DNA of 24,842 nucleotides from Archangium sp. (lineage in GTDB: Bacteria > Myxococcota > Myxococcia > Myxococcales > Myxococcaceae), in assembly GCA_031367385.1 (NCBI GenBank), contig JANLPS010000355.1:1-24842 (forward strand), in the 5' to 3' direction. The position numbers and the translations under genes were made by a program. The notes under the pieces were generated by a model. It did not search any database. It was not told the origin of the DNA and saw only the letters and a program-made list of their open reading frames with translations. Below, piece by piece: positions 8,167-16,410 of the stretch. How positions within the stretch are numbered: the stretch's first letter is position 1; the number at the start of each line of letters is the position of its first letter.

Positions 8167-8197
8167 TAAACCCGCCCTGCTCCCAGAAGTTTCTGGG
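8167..8197 (-). promoter_or_regulatory. Putative autoregulatory ECF promoter GAAAC-N17-GTTTA with an overlapping inverted repeat
   Basis: Minus strand GAAAC at 8193-8189 and GTTTA at 8171-8167. Inverted repeat CCCAGAA-gt-TTCTGGG at 8182-8197. Confidence 0.4.
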
Positions 8198-8224
8198 TGG
8201 TGGAAGATCAGAATTCTCGCAGCG

Positions 8225-8731
8225 TTACCGCGTGCCTGCGTCGGCCGACTCGGTCACGTAGAACGAGTACGACCCGACCTCACACTGTGGGCACGGCTGG
8301 CGAATCGACTCCGGCGTCAAGACGCGCCAGGTGTCGACGGTGGTGATGGGCGTGGGTGAGGCCACGACCAACAACTGGTGCTCGCCCATGCCGTCGAAGG
8401 CGGGGGCCTCGGCCGAATACTCGCCCTTTTCCCATGGCTCGGGAGTGCTGTGCTTCCACATCAGGGTGGTCTGGCCCTGCGTCTGGTCGAACAGGTACAC
8501 GTAGGCGTTGGCCTCGACGTTGATGCGCAGGTCGAAGGGGTCACCGGTCGCGACCAGCAGGGTGCCCGAGGGCATCTCGACGCCCGCATCGTTGAACGCG
8601 TGCAGCGAGGGCATCAGCACCGGCACGAAGGCGGGCACCTCGGGCACGCGCGAGCTGGCTCGGAGCGCCAACACCACGGCCACCGCCGCGATGATCAGCA
8701 CGAGGAGAACGACCGGGAGCGCGCGCTTCAT
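8225..8731 (-). CDS. Membrane-anchored DUF4384-like beta-sandwich protein
   Basis: N-terminal TM, GDPFDLRINVEANAYVYLFDQ...TTLMW and EHQLLVVASPTP patterns, C-terminal CxxC. ATGA overlap with the upstream gene. Confidence 0.6.
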   Translation of the reverse strand: MKRALPVVLLVLIIAAVAVVLALRASSRVPEVPAFVPVLMPSLHAFNDAGVEMPSGTLLVATGDPFDLRINVEANAYVYLFDQTQGQTTLMWKHSTPEPWEKGEYSAEAPAFDGMGEHQLLVVASPTPITTVDTWRVLTPESIRQPCPQCEVGSYSFYVTESADAGTR

Positions 8732-10377
8732 GGGTTCACCTGAGTGACGAAGGACTTTTGGACCGCGAGATCCAACGGATCTTTGTGCTCCCGGGCGCAG
8801 AAGGCCAGAAAACGCATCATCACCTCGAGCCCGCGGTGAAGCGCCCCAAGGGTCTCCGGGCCGTCCATCACGAACCAGACGGCGGCGTGCCCTGCCGCCC
8901 GGGGGTTGGCCGAGAGCATCGCAAAGGCCTCGGCGAAGGCCTCGGTGCGGCGGGTGTTGGCCTGGCCGAACAAGCTCTTCTCTTTGAGCTGGCCCGCGAG
9001 CATCAGGCGAATCAGGGCTGAGAAGGCCTTGGCGTCATCGACCTCGAGCCAGGGCTTGAGATCATCGAGGTAGGTGGTCAGCTGTTTGCGCTCGGCTCGG
9101 CTGTCGGCATTGAGCAACCGCTTGGCGAGCCTCGGGGTGCTGGGGTCGGGCAGCAGGCTCAAGGCCGCGATGCTGTGCTTCCAAAAGGCCATCGACTTCG
9201 CGTCGGGGTCGTCTTCTTCGACCGAGATATCGAGGTTGTAGGTGCGTCGAATCGGCGGTGCTTCTTCGACGTCGATGAGGTCGAGATCATCGGCGGCCAC
9301 CACGGCGCGGGGCGGGGGCGGCAGGGGTTGAGGCTTCGGCGTGGCCGCAGGGGGAAACCAGGCGCCGGGGGGTGTGAGGTCGGGCGGCGCAGGAGGCGCT
9401 CCCATCAAGGCCTTGAAGCTGGGCACCTTGCGGCGCTCGGCCCAGGCGTCATCGCCCAGGTCGACCTCGTCTTCGGGCTCAGGCGCGGGCTCGTCTTCGG
9501 GCTCGAAGACCACGTCGGGGTCGAGGGTGTCACCCGTCGACACGGGGGCCGGGGGCACCGCGGTGAGCGCGGGGTCGGTCTTCAAGTCGACGCGCGAGAC
9601 CTTGATGTTGGTCGGCGCCGTGACCGCTTCATGCACCATGCGACGCCGGGCCGCGTCTTGCTCGAGCATCTCGAAGAACTCATCGAGGTAGGGCTCGAGC
9701 TCGTCCCACAGAACGCGCAGGCCGGCGTCATCACCCACCAGCAGGTCGGCGACCTCTTGTGACTGATACGCGTCAGACAAGAGCCCCGCGCGCTTGGCGA
9801 ACTCGACCCGCGAGCTGTCGACGAACTGACGGGCCAGCTCGAGGTGGTAGAGGCAGCGCGCGAACTCGACCCGGCGGTTGCCCTCGGGCAGGAGGTCGTG
9901 AATCGCGAGCTGCAGGGTCACGGGGTTGGCGCGCGCCTCCCAGCAGGTGGTGAGGGCCTTGCTGAAGCGCTTGGTCTCGAACGAGGCCAGCAGGGCGGCG
10001 GCGTTCTCCCACAGCTCTTCGAGCATCGGGTGGGCCTGGGCCAGCTCAACGCCGCTGCCCGCGCGCCAGAACACCAGCAGCTGATCAGCAAGCTCAAGCA
10101 TGTTGCCCCGGGCCTCGCCGTCACCGCGCCGCGCTCGCTCGAGGTCGAACAGCGCCGTCGCGAACTGTGCGTGCGGGTCAGACATGGTGCGCAAGCCATG
10201 CAGCTCGTCTCTGAGCCGAGGCAAATCGCTCAGCGCCTCAGCGCACCGCTGAATACCCTCCGCGACCTCGGCTGAAAGTTGGAGCTGACCGTCCACCGCG
10301 CGTGAATCCTGCCTTTGCGGGCGACGAACTGCCAGCGGAAGAAACGCACCCTCCGAGAAGGGAATCGGATGATTCAC
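8728..10377 (-). CDS. Hypothetical cytoplasmic protein: two 100-aa helical repeats, a Pro/acidic linker and a helical C-terminal domain
   Basis: Long ORF with host codon usage and an internal repeat visible at 100-aa offset. The start position is uncertain. Confidence 0.75.
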   Translation of the reverse strand: MNHPIPFSEGAFLPLAVRRPQRQDSRAVDGQLQLSAEVAEGIQRCAEALSDLPRLRDELHGLRTMSDPHAQFATALFDLERARRGDGEARGNMLELADQLLVFWRAGSGVELAQAHPMLEELWENAAALLASFETKRFSKALTTCWEARANPVTLQLAIHDLLPEGNRRVEFARCLYHLELARQFVDSSRVEFAKRAGLLSDAYQSQEVADLLVGDDAGLRVLWDELEPYLDEFFEMLEQDAARRRMVHEAVTAPTNIKVSRVDLKTDPALTAVPPAPVSTGDTLDPDVVFEPEDEPAPEPEDEVDLGDDAWAERRKVPSFKALMGAPPAPPDLTPPGAWFPPAATPKPQPLPPPPRAVVAADDLDLIDVEEAPPIRRTYNLDISVEEDDPDAKSMAFWKHSIAALSLLPDPSTPRLAKRLLNADSRAERKQLTTYLDDLKPWLEVDDAKAFSALIRLMLAGQLKEKSLFGQANTRRTEAFAEAFAMLSANPRAAGHAAVWFVMDGPETLGALHRGLEVMMRFLAFCAREHKDPLDLAVQKSFVTQVNP

Positions 10378-10412
10378 CGCAAACCCGGGTGATGGTGGTA
10401 ACCCCCGCCGCC

Positions 10413-11507
10413 ATGCGCTTTCTGGTTGCCGGCCTCGTGCTGATCGCCCTTGGTATTGGCCTCACGGAGTACAGCCGTCGCACCGCAGACGCGCCCCTGC
10501 CCGGCAACGTGAAGAAGAAGAGGCCGGCCGCGGTGACTCCGCCGTCGACCAAGGCGTTGATTGAGACCGCGGCCGCTGAGCCTGATGCGCCGGCCGACAG
10601 CGCCGCTTTTGCCAAGGCCATCTCGTCGGTGGCGAGCGACGCCAAGGCCGATGGCTTCACCACGGTCATGTCGGGTGCGTTCACGGTTCGCGACCTGACC
10701 TCGGGAGCGCGCTTCGCCGTGGCGGTGGTGACCGCGGGGGGCGCGACGGGCCTGGTGCGGCTGGGAGGCGACGCGCCGGCGGCTCCGCTGGTCGCTCGCA
10801 CGGGTTCGATGACCGCGGTGGCCATCGATGGAGAAACCGTCTGGTGGGCCGAGGGCAACCGGGTGTTTTCAGTCGGCGCCGACGGCACGGTACAGGTCAA
10901 AACCCAGTTCGCCACCGCCCAGGTCAGTGGCCTGGCGGCGCACGACGGCCTCGTCATCGCGACGCTGGTGCCCAAAGACGGCGACCCCTTCTCGACCGAC
11001 GCGACCGGGGCCGTGGTCAAGCTCGAGCCGGGCGGCACGGCGAGCCTGGTGGCCTCGGAGCAGGTTCGACCGCACGACGTGTTGATTCATGGCAGCGACG
11101 TGTTCTTCATCGCCGGGTACCCCTCGGCGCTGGTTCGCGCGGCCCTCGACGGCAGCTTCAGCGCCCAAATCTCGGAGCGGGCCGATGGGCCGCTGTCGTA
11201 CGACGGCGAAGGCCTGGTGCATCGGGTGCCGCAAAGCGGGTCTCCGGAGCTGCGCCGGGTGGCGCCTGCGGGCGGTGGTCAAGTCACCTTGGCCCGGGGC
11301 GACGTCGACTGGCTGGCCGCGGCGAACGGCGTAACCCGCTATACGACCGTGGGCATCGGGGCGCGGCTGTACGAGGTCTCCGCAGGGCAAGACCCGAAAG
11401 AAGTCGTGGCGCTCAAGGGGGTGGGCCGGGGCGTGGCGATGGCGGGCGAGCACGTGGTGTTCGCGGCGACGGGCGATGACGGCGCCTCGGTGGTTCGCGT
11501 CAAGTAG
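10413..11507 (+). CDS. Membrane-anchored or exported beta-propeller protein
   Basis: ATG 10413 gives MRFLVAGLVLIALGIGL. Repeated blade-like motifs: AVAIDGETVWW, GLAAHDGLVIA, DVLIHGSDVFF, PLSYDGEGLVH, WLAAANGVTRY and GVAMAGEHVVF. Confidence 0.7.
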   Translation: MRFLVAGLVLIALGIGLTEYSRRTADAPLPGNVKKKRPAAVTPPSTKALIETAAAEPDAPADSAAFAKAISSVASDAKADGFTTVMSGAFTVRDLTSGARFAVAVVTAGGATGLVRLGGDAPAAPLVARTGSMTAVAIDGETVWWAEGNRVFSVGADGTVQVKTQFATAQVSGLAAHDGLVIATLVPKDGDPFSTDATGAVVKLEPGGTASLVASEQVRPHDVLIHGSDVFFIAGYPSALVRAALDGSFSAQISERADGPLSYDGEGLVHRVPQSGSPELRRVAPAGGGQVTLARGDVDWLAAANGVTRYTTVGIGARLYEVSAGQDPKEVVALKGVGRGVAMAGEHVVFAATGDDGASVVRVK

Positions 11508-11592
11508 GCCTTCGTCGTAAAGCCCTGCAGTATCAAGGTCTTCGACGATTGACGTGCCTCAGCGGGCCCTCGTCGCGACTAGGCTGTGCCCA

Positions 11593-12432
11593 ATGACCGA
11601 CGATTCGCGTTTCGACAAGCTGGAGCTCGACTGGGGCAGCCGCGCGCGACCAGGCCAGAGCCCCGCGCCAGACCCCGCACCCCATGCCCCCGCGCCGGTG
11701 GAGCCTCCTGTGCGGAGAACCCGGGCCCCCGGCAGCCCTGAAGACATGAGCCCCCAGATGCAGCTGCAGTTAGACCCGCTGTTGACCGGCCGGCAGATCA
11801 AGGTGCGGCAGTTTCGAGAGCCGCTCGAGATGCTCATCGGCTGGCAGCAGGCCAACCGTTACGAGGTCAGCTCTGACGAAGGGCGCCCGATTTTCTGGGC
11901 CGCCGAGCAAGCGCAGGGCGTGTTGGGCGCGCTGAGTCGAAACTTCAACCCCTTCTACCGAAACACCACCGACTGCGTGATGCCCGATGGCACCGTGGCG
12001 ATGCGAATCACCTTTCCGTTCAGCTGGTTCTTGCGCTGGGCCAAGGTGACCGCCTTCGACGGCCGGCCGCTCGGTGAGACGCACCAGCGCTTCAGCCTGC
12101 TGCGCTCACGCATCGACGTGCTGGGCACCACGGGCAACGTGCTGCTGGAGATCTCGGGGCCCTTCTTGAAGTTCTTCTCGTTCACGCCCTGGGTGTTCGA
12201 GGTGCGTCAGCACGGCAAGCTGGTCGCGGCGATTCGCAAGCACTGGTCGGGGTGGTTTCAGGAGCTGTTCACCAAGGCCGACAACTTCACCATCGACTTC
12301 GAGCCGGGGTTCACCGACCCGCGGTTGCGGCAGCTGCTGGTCGCGGCCGCGCTCACCATCGACCTGGTGAACTTCGAGAAGAAAGACCATCGCCTCTCGG
12401 GCAGCGACTTGATTCAGCGCTTGCTGGAGTGA
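11593..12432 (+). CDS. Phospholipid scramblase / LURP-one (Tubby-C-like) family protein
   Basis: VRQFREPLEMLIGWQQANRYEV, LGETHQRFSLLR, IRKHWSGWFQELFTKADNFTIDF and LLVAAALTID motifs; Pro-rich N-terminus. Start at ATG 11593. Confidence 0.85.
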   Translation: MTDDSRFDKLELDWGSRARPGQSPAPDPAPHAPAPVEPPVRRTRAPGSPEDMSPQMQLQLDPLLTGRQIKVRQFREPLEMLIGWQQANRYEVSSDEGRPIFWAAEQAQGVLGALSRNFNPFYRNTTDCVMPDGTVAMRITFPFSWFLRWAKVTAFDGRPLGETHQRFSLLRSRIDVLGTTGNVLLEISGPFLKFFSFTPWVFEVRQHGKLVAAIRKHWSGWFQELFTKADNFTIDFEPGFTDPRLRQLLVAAALTIDLVNFEKKDHRLSGSDLIQRLLE

Positions 12433-12471
12433 CCTTCACCCTTCATCGCAAAGACCTCGACGGTTTCGCGG

Positions 12472-12843
12472 CTATTGCTGCAGGCCGCAGTCGAGCCAGT
12501 TGAGCAGCACGGCGCGATCATCGCTGCTGATTCTGATACCCGCATCGAGCGGCGGCATGGTGCACTTGAGCAGATCATCGCGCACCAGTGACTGCCAGGC
12601 CGAGACATCGTCGTAGTTGGTGAGTGGCCAGGGCTCTCCGGCATCGAGGCTGGTGTGGCACCCAGCGCAGGCCTGGTCGAGAATCGGCTTGATGCCCGCG
12701 AACGTGGGCGCCGGCGTGGTGCAGGCCCTCGGCATCACCAGCGGGCACACCAGCGGAGGCCCTGCGTCGACCACTTTCGGGCCTGGGGTCGCGCCGCACG
12801 CCAGGGCCAGCAACGGCAGACCGAGCCACACGCGCATGCTCAC
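12472..12843 (-). CDS. Monoheme c-type cytochrome lipoprotein
   Basis: Lipobox LALAC, IKPILDQACAGCH (CxxCH), distal MPP motif and LLNWLDCG. GTG 12843 overlaps the jag stop (alternative start ATG 12837). Confidence 0.75.
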   Translation of the reverse strand: MSMRVWLGLPLLALACGATPGPKVVDAGPPLVCPLVMPRACTTPAPTFAGIKPILDQACAGCHTSLDAGEPWPLTNYDDVSAWQSLVRDDLLKCTMPPLDAGIRISSDDRAVLLNWLDCGLQQ

Positions 12844-13607
12844 TCCTCGTCGTCGTAGTCGGGCATCACTTGCTTCTTGGCGATGACCGTCGGCTTCTCA
12901 GGCGTGAAGACCACCCGCCGAAAATACCCCTCGCCTTCGGCCTTGACCGTCACGCCCTTCGCCGCCGAGGCCGCCGCCATCACCCGCGCCCGGTCATCGG
13001 TCGTCAGCAACGGCACCGCGTAGAAGCGCCCAAACGTACCGGCCTTTTGAGCGAGGGTCTGGCCCAGCCGGGTCATCATCGGCGTCGGCTCGACCTTCAT
13101 CGACCGCTCGTCGTGATCATTCGAGCGGGCCGGGCGCGCGGGCTGCTGCTGAGGGGGGGGCCGCTTCGCATTGGCTGCGGCGACCGGAGGCGCTGAGGCA
13201 CGGGCCGGTGCGGGGGCCTTCGAGGCTGGCGGCGGGGCCAAGGCCTTGGGGGCCGAAGCCTTGGGCGCGGTGGGGGCCGAGGGTTCGGGCTTGGCACCGC
13301 GCGGCTCGGGGAAGCCGTTGACGCCCAAGGTCACCCAGCGCTTCTCGACGTTCGGCCGGTTCACGACCTTGTTCGTCAGAAACTGAATGCAGTCGACCAG
13401 ATAAGTGCGCTTGCTGCCCGCGATGCCAGGATGCTCGGCGTTCTCGAAGAACACCGCCACGCCCAGGCCGCCATCGGGCATGTCTTTGAACTCGAGGCGA
13501 GCCGGGTAGTCCATGTGCTCAAAAATGCCGCCGAGAAACACCTCGACCTGCAGCCGCTTGTCGGCCGCCGACACCGGAGTCATCACCACCGCCGCCGCGT
13601 CGCTCAT
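12840..13607 (-). CDS. jag: Divergent Jag/EloR (KhpB)-like protein with degenerate KH and R3H domains
   Basis: Directly after yidC (TGATG overlap). LVDCIQFLTNKVVN is a KH-like helix and GVTVKAEGEGYFRRVVF is an R3H-like end. Confidence 0.7.
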   Translation of the reverse strand: MSDAAAVVMTPVSAADKRLQVEVFLGGIFEHMDYPARLEFKDMPDGGLGVAVFFENAEHPGIAGSKRTYLVDCIQFLTNKVVNRPNVEKRWVTLGVNGFPEPRGAKPEPSAPTAPKASAPKALAPPPASKAPAPARASAPPVAAANAKRPPPQQQPARPARSNDHDERSMKVEPTPMMTRLGQTLAQKAGTFGRFYAVPLLTTDDRARVMAAASAAKGVTVKAEGEGYFRRVVFTPEKPTVIAKKQVMPDYDDEE

Positions 13608-15427
13608 CACGCCGCTCCCGCCTTTTTGCCGGTGACCGGGCCAGCCCCGACGCTCTTGCGCTTGAGCCACTTCTTGAGCGCGTACTGCTGAACGATCGAC
13701 AACAGGTTGTTGGTGAAGATGTAGAGCGCCAACCCGGCCGGGTAATTCATCATGATCGCGGTGAAGAACACCGGCATCAGCCACTGAAACATGAACAGCT
13801 GCGACTTGTCGGTGGTCATCTGCGGCTGCAACCGCTGGGTGACGATCATCGTCACGCCGAGCGCCAGGGGCAGCAGGTAGGTCGGGTCTTTGTGGGTCAG
13901 GTCCGTCCACACTCCAAACGGCTCGCCGTAGAGGTCGTAGCTGGTGCGCAGCGTGGTGAAGAGCGCGGCCCAGATGGGCAGCTGCAGCAGCATCGGCAAG
14001 CAGCCGCTGAGGCTCTCGAGGGGGTTGATGCCCTCCTTCTGGTAGAACTCCATCGTCTTCTGCTGCTTGACCTGGGGGTCAGACGCGTACTTCGCGTTGA
14101 TCTCGTCGAGCGCGGGTTTGAGCCGCAGCTGCACTTCACGCATCTTCTCGCCGTTGGCCATCGCGCGGTGGGTCAGCGGCAACAGCACCACCTTCACCAT
14201 CACCGTCAGCAGAATGATCGCCAAGCCCCAGTTGCCGAGCAGCCCGTGAAAGAAGCGCAAGAAGAACAACAGCATGCGGCAGATGACCGCCCACCACCCG
14301 AAGTCGACCGTCTTGTCGAGGTTGGGTTGATACGCCTCGCCCACGCCGACCTGCGCCAGCATCTCGAGGTCTTTGGGGCCCAAGAACGACACGAAGCGCT
14401 TGGTCACCGTCTGACCCGCGGGCACCGTCAGCGCCTGCGCCAACTGAATCTGGCGAGCCGCGGTGGTCGCGTGCATCGCGCAGCGGCCCTCGACCGAGCC
14501 GTCTTTGCTCCACACCGCCGAGACGAAATACGACTGGTCGATGGCGATGAACTGCACCAGGCCCGGCTGCAGCTCGTCGGGCTTCTCGTCGTCTGGCGTC
14601 TTTTTGTGCAGCTTGTCGGCGATGACGCACTCGGTGAAGGCCTGGTTGCCGATGCCGCCGAACATGCTCTGCGCGGTCTCGCTGCCCGGGTCGATGGCCC
14701 GGTTCAAGTGCACCAACAGATCGCCGGTCGCGGTCTGGTTGCTGGTGTTGCGAAGCGACACGTCCATCTGCAGCTCGTAGCCGCTCGGGTCGCGCTCTTT
14801 GATTTTGGTCTTGTCGGTGAGGGTGGTGGCGACGGTGTTCCAGGTGAAGGTCTTGGTGACCTCCCAGATGCCGTCGTGCCCGACGAAGGTGACCCGGCCC
14901 GGTTGCTCTTCAGTCACCGCGTAGCGAAGGCGCCCGTTGAGCGGCCAGGGCCCGGTCATCGACACCCCCAGCTGCGGAGGCGCGCTCGCGCTGGGCGAGG
15001 CCATGTTCATCTGCGCTCCGGCGACGAACTCTTTGCCGAACAGCTTCTGCCAGCCCTCGAGAATGCTCAGCGGCCGCTGCACGTGCTCGCGTTGACCTTG
15101 CAGCTCGGCGGTCTCCAGGCCCGCGCCCTCGGTGCTGAACTCCATCTTCATCGTCGGGCGCACCATGGTGACGGTTCGCAGGGGCAGCGCGGCGAGGGGC
15201 GCCATCGCCATGCCGCCGTCATCGCCCAGCATCTGCGCCGAGGCCACGGCGTCGAGGCCTCCGTCAGAAGAAGCGCCGGCGAGCTCGGCCTGCAACCCAG
15301 CGTCGAGGGCGGCGCCACGGGCCGCGGCTTCGGCGTCGATACGAGGCTTGTCGACCAGAAGTTGCCACGCAGTCAGCAGGCCGAACGAGAGCCCGATGGC
15401 GACGAGAAGGCGGCGTTGTTGCGTCAT
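13607..15427 (-). CDS. yidC: Membrane protein insertase YidC
   Basis: VDFGWW, GNWGLAIILLTVMVK, GCLPMLLQLPIW, DPTYLLP and YPAGLALYIFTNNLLSIVQQ motifs; large periplasmic domain. Confidence 0.97.
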   Translation of the reverse strand: MTQQRRLLVAIGLSFGLLTAWQLLVDKPRIDAEAAARGAALDAGLQAELAGASSDGGLDAVASAQMLGDDGGMAMAPLAALPLRTVTMVRPTMKMEFSTEGAGLETAELQGQREHVQRPLSILEGWQKLFGKEFVAGAQMNMASPSASAPPQLGVSMTGPWPLNGRLRYAVTEEQPGRVTFVGHDGIWEVTKTFTWNTVATTLTDKTKIKERDPSGYELQMDVSLRNTSNQTATGDLLVHLNRAIDPGSETAQSMFGGIGNQAFTECVIADKLHKKTPDDEKPDELQPGLVQFIAIDQSYFVSAVWSKDGSVEGRCAMHATTAARQIQLAQALTVPAGQTVTKRFVSFLGPKDLEMLAQVGVGEAYQPNLDKTVDFGWWAVICRMLLFFLRFFHGLLGNWGLAIILLTVMVKVVLLPLTHRAMANGEKMREVQLRLKPALDEINAKYASDPQVKQQKTMEFYQKEGINPLESLSGCLPMLLQLPIWAALFTTLRTSYDLYGEPFGVWTDLTHKDPTYLLPLALGVTMIVTQRLQPQMTTDKSQLFMFQWLMPVFFTAIMMNYPAGLALYIFTNNLLSIVQQYALKKWLKRKSVGAGPVTGKKAGAA

Positions 15428-15774
15428 AATTTTGCCTCAGGCGGAGGAGCGAAGGTGAGCCACGGCGGGGGCGCCTGCCTCAACTTCGATGCAACGAAGG
15501 GGTCGATGTCAGCCAGCAGCACTTCGGCGCTGACGCCGTTTTTCGCAGGTATCGGGTCGAGCCCACCCGCGTGCAAGGGGTGGCACTTCGAAATGCGCCG
15601 AACGGTCAGCGCGAGCCCTTTGAGCGGCCCGTGCACCCGCAGCGCGCCCATCGCGTACACCGAGCACGAGGGGTGAAAGCGGCAGGCCGGGGGCAACATC
15701 GGCGAGACGAACAGCTTGTAGAGCCGCAGCGGCGCGACCAGGAGCGCGACCAGCCACTGGCTCAGTTGCCGCAT
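15424..15774 (-). CDS. yidD: Membrane protein insertion efficiency factor YidD
   Basis: YKLFVSPMLPPACRFHPSCSVYA and RRISKCHPLHAGGLDPIP motifs. ATG 15774 overlaps the rnpA stop. Confidence 0.95.
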   Translation of the reverse strand: MRQLSQWLVALLVAPLRLYKLFVSPMLPPACRFHPSCSVYAMGALRVHGPLKGLALTVRRISKCHPLHAGGLDPIPAKNGVSAEVLLADIDPFVASKLRQAPPPWLTFAPPPEAKL

Positions 15775-16154
15775 CACTGGGGAAACCTGCGCTTGAGCTC
15801 GACTTGCACCTTGTCGAACGCCTTCACGTAGGTCGCCCACTCGGCTTTGGCGGCGCTGTTTCTGGCGATGAACACCATGTCGAGACCCTTTGGCATACCC
15901 TCGCGCCGGTGTCGGTACAGCTCGCGAAGACGCCGACGAATGCGGTTGCGCACGACTGCATTCCCCACCTTGGTGGAGACGGTGAAGCCCGCGCGCGTGA
16001 GCCCGTCTGCCCGCTCATTGGGCAGCACCAACACCAAGACCAGGTCGGCAGAAATCTTGAGGCCGCGCTCCTGCACCCGCAGAAACTCGGCCCTGCGACG
16101 CAAGCGCACGGCTTTGGGAAACGCAAACGAGCCCGCTGCCGGGCCGGGAGCCAT
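15774..16154 (-). CDS. rnpA: Ribonuclease P protein component
   Basis: FPKAVRLRRRAEF and RAGFTVSTKVGNAVVRNRIRRRLRE (RNR motif). Confidence 0.96.
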   Translation of the reverse strand: MAPGPAAGSFAFPKAVRLRRRAEFLRVQERGLKISADLVLVLVLPNERADGLTRAGFTVSTKVGNAVVRNRIRRRLRELYRHRREGMPKGLDMVFIARNSAAKAEWATYVKAFDKVQVELKRRFPQ

Positions 16155-16164
16155 GCGCGGCCTG

Positions 16165-16323
16165 CTACTTCTGGTACGCCTTCACCACGAGACGCTTACG
16201 GCCCTTGGCACGACGGCGCTTGAGCACGTCACGGCCAGCCTTGGTCTTGTTGCGCTTGCGGAAACCGTGTGCACGGTTTCGTTTGATTTTCGACGGTTGG
16301 TACGTCGGTACTCGCTTGGCCAC
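16165..16323 (-). CDS. rpmH: 50S ribosomal protein L34 (52 aa; absent from the ORF track)
   Basis: Manual translation: [60 protein letters not shown] lies upstream of GTG 16323. Confidence 0.96.
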   Translation of the reverse strand: MAKRVPTYQPSKIKRNRAHGFRKRNKTKAGRDVLKRRRAKGRKRLVVKAYQK

Positions 16324-16370
16324 GGGGTGGCTCCTTCTTGCTAATCAAAAGACGGTGAAGAGGGGCGGGC

Positions 16371-16398
16371 TTTATGCCGCTCTGATGCGCTCCGTCAA
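16371..16398 (-). promoter_or_regulatory. Putative housekeeping sigma promoter of the rpmH operon
   Basis: TTGACG (16398-16393), a 16-nt spacer, then CATAAA (16376-16371). Confidence 0.45.
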
Positions 16399-16410
16399 GG
16401 AGAACGCGGA

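Noticed and set aside
10302..10412. Upstream start extensions in the ORF track (10302, 731, 13910, 15840, 17700, 20715, 24142, 868)
   Set aside because: They overlap neighbouring genes or promoters and bury signal peptides or conserved N-termini; the downstream starts fit better.
11513..11549. Hairpin, terminator or small RNA between the propeller and scramblase genes
   Set aside because: Only a 6-bp perfect outer stem (TCGTCG/CGACGA) with several mismatches inside and no U-tract.
13892..15676. Long antisense ORFs (594 aa opposite yidC; also 16651..18039, 6365..7642 and 1959..3020)
   Set aside because: Shadow ORFs expected in high-GC DNA opposite well-supported genes; no recognisable motifs.
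16324..16410. oriC or DnaA boxes upstream of rpmH
   Set aside because: No TTATCCACA-like box or AT-rich unwinding element, and no dnaA gene.
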